A stretch of DNA of 64,000 nt. Source: Promethearchaeota archaeon (GTDB lineage: Archaea > Asgardarchaeota > Lokiarchaeia > Sigyniarchaeales > SOKP01). Numbering within the stretch: the stretch's first letter is position 1; every line of letters begins with the position of its first letter. A program made the position numbers and the translations under genes. The stretch lies in contig JAEOTR010000035.1 of the NCBI GenBank assembly GCA_016839705.1, positions 44,658 to 108,657 of the forward strand, given 5' to 3'. Below the pieces are notes generated by a model that worked only from the letters and a program-made list of their open reading frames with translations, made no database searches and was not told the DNA's origin. Of the stretch, positions 60,838-64,000 are shown one piece after another.

Positions 60838-62435
60838 GCGATCAAGACGCTAGAATTGTTATAGTTGGAGCAGGCATGGCAGGATTAACTGCCGCTGCCT
60901 ATTTATCAAGAGCAAAATATGATGTTCTTTTAATTGAAAAAAATAAAGAAATTGGAGGTCTTGTAAATTCATTTCAACGAGATGGATTTGTTTTTGATAC
61001 AGGTGCCAAATCTATTGAAAATTCTGGAATTATTCGACCATTTTTAGATGATCTCGGAATTGAACTTGAGCTTCTTCAAAGTCCAGTCTCAGTTGGCATT
61101 GAAAAAGATGTTATTAATGTTATTTCGGAAGATAGTTTGAATGATTATAAAAACTTGCTTGAAAAATTATACCCTGAATATATAGAAGACGTCTATAAAA
61201 TTATTTCATTTATTCAAAAAATAATGAAAGTTACGGCTGTTTTATATGGGATAGATAATCCCATTTTTAAGGACTTAAAGAAAGATAAAGCCTTTCTCTT
61301 TAAGAAACTACTCCCATGGTTGGGAAAATTCTTGCTAGCAGTCCGTCGAACTAATCGACTAAACGAACCAGTTGAAGAATTCTTAGAACAAATGTCAACA
61401 TACAAACCACTTACTGATATAGTCGACCAACATTTTTTTAAAAATACCCCTACATTTTTTGCTATGGGCTATTTTTATGTTTTTCTTGATTATTTTTACC
61501 CTAAGGGCGGTACAGGTGAATTACCAAAAGCAATTTACCAAAAGATTATTGAATGGGGAGGAGAAACCAAAACTGAAACAGAAATATCCAAAATAATTCC
61601 GTCAAAAAAAATTGTGATCGATCTTAATGGTAATAATTATCCATATGATTATCTTATCTGGGGTGCAGATTTAAAAACACTTTACAATAAGATTAGCATG
61701 GAAAATTTGGATGAAAAAATTTCTCGCAAAATCAATGAGCAAAAGGAAAAATTCCTTTCATATCGTGGTGGAGATTCGGTATTTACATTGTTTCTGGGAT
61801 TAGATGAACCTCTGGAAAAATTCGGAGCTATTTCAAATGGTCATTTCTTTTATACTCCTTCGAAAAAAGGTTTAGGAGAGATACATCGTTCTGAACTTAA
61901 ATCATTAATCGATAATTTTGAAAATACACCAAAAGAAGAGATATTACAGTGGTTAGATAAGTTTTGTGAGTTAAATACTTATGAGATTTCAATACCTGCC
62001 CTGAGAGATCCCTCTTTAGTTCCAAAAGGAAAAACCGGTCTGATTGTTAGCATGCTTTTTGAATACGATTTATTTAAAAGGGTTAAAGAAGCTTCGTGGT
62101 ATGAAGAATTTAAAACAGAAGTTGAGAATCGTATTTTGGAGACTCTAACAAATTCTATTTATCCTGATATCAAAGATAAGATTCTTTTCCGTATTTTATT
62201 AACACCCATAACAATTTTAGACAGAGTTGGAAGCTCTGAAGGGGCAATAACGGGATGGTCATACGAAAAACCAGTGCCTGTAGTGAATTCCCTTCTAAAA
62301 ATATATAAATCTGTTGTAACACCTATTCCCAATGTATGGCAAGCAGGTCAATGGGTTTATAGTCCTTCTGGAATACCTATTGCGATTCTTACTGGTTTAA
62401 TTGCAGCTCAAAAAATAATGAAAAAAAAATTTTAA
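60801..62435 (+). CDS. Phytoene desaturase-like FAD-dependent oxidoreductase (start uncertain)
   Basis: VGAGMAGL.AA, EK...GG, DGFVFDTG, C-terminal GQW..P.GIP. Confidence 0.85.
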   Translation: MGFKHQVRWFRISDQDARIVIVGAGMAGLTAAAYLSRAKYDVLLIEKNKEIGGLVNSFQRDGFVFDTGAKSIENSGIIRPFLDDLGIELELLQSPVSVGIEKDVINVISEDSLNDYKNLLEKLYPEYIEDVYKIISFIQKIMKVTAVLYGIDNPIFKDLKKDKAFLFKKLLPWLGKFLLAVRRTNRLNEPVEEFLEQMSTYKPLTDIVDQHFFKNTPTFFAMGYFYVFLDYFYPKGGTGELPKAIYQKIIEWGGETKTETEISKIIPSKKIVIDLNGNNYPYDYLIWGADLKTLYNKISMENLDEKISRKINEQKEKFLSYRGGDSVFTLFLGLDEPLEKFGAISNGHFFYTPSKKGLGEIHRSELKSLIDNFENTPKEEILQWLDKFCELNTYEISIPALRDPSLVPKGKTGLIVSMLFEYDLFKRVKEASWYEEFKTEVENRILETLTNSIYPDIKDKILFRILLTPITILDRVGSSEGAITGWSYEKPVPVVNSLLKIYKSVVTPIPNVWQAGQWVYSPSGIPIAILTGLIAAQKIMKKKF

Positions 62436-62544
62436 AAGCTCCAAACTTAATAGAAAATATAATATAGAAAAAATCCTAAAGTTGAGATGCCATAAATAAC
62501 ATCCCAAATTGTTTTTTAATATAAGATTTCATGATTTCGCTATA

Positions 62545-62892
62545 ATTTAGAAGACTTAAAAGATAATGGTAAAATCAACCAGTTTTCTAATAATCTACTA
62601 ATGAAATTTATAATGTATGCTAAAAAAGAATTTGATCCAATGATGAGTGAAAACATATTAAATTTAATTAGAGTTTTCATGGAGGAAGTTGCTCAGTTAA
62701 CAAAAAAAAAAAAATTAACAAAATAAAACCAACTAAACTCGTTCGTGGCATCGTTACATTAAGTAAAGCTCATGCAAGAATGGCTCTTCGAAATGAAATT
62801 AATCGGAAAAATTTTTTGCACGAATTTAAAATTAGTTTTTTCGAAAAAGTGGCTATATGGCTTTTATTGAAGAAAAAGAAATGTTCCTTGAT
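62545..62892 (+). pseudogene. Remnant of an MCM-family helicase C-terminal (lid) region
   Basis: LLMKFIMYAKKEFDP...; after a poly-A frameshift, LVRGIVTLSKAHARMALRNEI. Confidence 0.6.
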
Positions 62893-63096
62893 GAAGTATT
62901 AGAAAACTTGAAGAATTAATTAACACTTAATATAGGCTAGTGAAACTACTATAGGATTTTTCATGTCTTTGTATCTCTGCAGATAGATACTTAGAGTCAA
63001 GTTGTGATAATTTATTTGCCTTTGAATAACATTAATAATGATTTTAATCATTGATGCTTAAGACTTTAATATTGGGAATTATTTCTATTTTTGAAT

Positions 63097-64000
63097 ATGA
63101 AAATTTTAGATGATGAAAAATTTATCAGAAATGTGGAAAGCTTAATTGATCCAAAGGAAGTTAGCTTTTTGTATTTCTTCCAAACATTCAAAAGGCTTTT
63201 GCCTCGCTTCCTTTTTAAAAAGCTATTAAATAAGACTTCAAAAAAGACTCCCTACATTGGCTTTGTAATTGAACCTTATAGTCTGTTTTTATTCTTTAAG
63301 CTTAAAAATATCGAAAAAGCAAAATCATTATTGCCGGAACGCTATGAGTTGAAAAAGACCAGAATTTTTGCTGATGAAGAACCAGAACACTATTTGGGAA
63401 TGGGGGTTTTCAATACCCGGGCAAGTACTTTTTGGGGTTCTAGGCTAGAATCATATCTCGTTGCAGAAGATAAAGAAACCGGTCATATATCCTGGATTTT
63501 TATCGATATTCTGAGCAATACAATAATTTATCTCCCTTCAGTAGGAGTTGTAGATAGAAACAGTAAAAATGCTATTTATACGACTAGCTCAAAGGGAGAT
63601 CTACTACTGGATTTTAAAGAAGACACAACTGACCGAAAGATAATTTTAACGGGTAATATTACCAATGGAAAAATGCGCAACCTTGATCAACCCCTTTGGG
63701 TGATAGGAAATACATCTATCGGTCACCGTAAAAAATTTTCAGATAATAAAGATGATCCATTTGCTGTAATATTTGATCCTGCTGAAGTTGAAAAAGCTTT
63801 AGACATTCCTATTGAGGATATTCACTTAAAGTTTAATACACTTTTCCCAGATTTAGCAGAGCCGGAACTATGCAAGGTGCTATGTTTCCCCTTCGCTCAG
63901 CACTATATTGCCGACAGTCCAGGTCGTCGCACCTATATCAAAGATATCAATGACATGATCGAGAATTATAACAAAATTGCAGATATGGAAGAAATTAAAA
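63097..64000 (+). CDS. Hypothetical protein (possibly acetoacetate decarboxylase-like fold), 3'-truncated by the window edge
   Basis: Open frame from ATG 63097 to the end: MKILDDEKF...AKSLLPERYEL...GSRLESY. Confidence 0.7.
   Translation, partial: MKILDDEKFIRNVESLIDPKEVSFLYFFQTFKRLLPRFLFKKLLNKTSKKTPYIGFVIEPYSLFLFFKLKNIEKAKSLLPERYELKKTRIFADEEPEHYLGMGVFNTRASTFWGSRLESYLVAEDKETGHISWIFIDILSNTIIYLPSVGVVDRNSKNAIYTTSSKGDLLLDFKEDTTDRKIILTGNITNGKMRNLDQPLWVIGNTSIGHRKKFSDNKDDPFAVIFDPAEVEKALDIPIEDIHLKFNTLFPDLAEPELCKVLCFPFAQHYIADSPGRRTYIKDINDMIENYNKIADMEEIK

Noticed and set aside
131-61405. Many 60-170 aa ORFs overlapping longer genes on the opposite strand or in another frame (e.g. 719, 14434, 18095, 23995, 29530, 38001, 57254)
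   Set aside because: Shadow ORFs of well-supported genes
1-64000. Genome-wide TAG recoding
   Set aside because: grpE, psmA, rfcL and the second rfcS end in TAG at plausible natural C-termini

Overview
AT-rich archaeal chromosome segment that looks like Lokiarchaeia (Asgard archaea). This is an inference from TFB, proteasome alpha, archaeal RFC, a Rab-like GTPase, a gelsolin-domain protein and a Loki-CTERM-type sorting tail. Housekeeping and metabolic content: a grpE-dnaK-dnaJ-tfb operon, a three-gene RFC clamp-loader cluster (one small subunit is ATPase-degenerate), psmA, pepT, ABC/MFS/ECF transporters, lipid and acyl-CoA enzymes, and a GH20 hexosaminidase. The most interesting items are: (i) a split PolB2 damage-tolerance module (degenerate RadA-like protein, small PolB2-associated protein, PolB2), in which both large proteins end in PIP-box-like tails; (ii) a Rab-like GTPase / proteasome alpha / wHTH / 1644-aa helical-repeat gene run; (iii) a gelsolin domain fused to a SAP/HeH-like domain; (iv) an ORF-free, multi-hairpin ~275-nt candidate ncRNA at ~34770-35045; (v) candidate operators upstream of grpE, of the ArsR/TIR-like pair and of the RHH/PC4-like pair; (vi) several pseudogenes, including two in-frame amber codons and an MCM remnant. 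No tRNA, rRNA, CRISPR array or intact transposase was recognised. All family calls come from motif recognition by eye, with no database searches.
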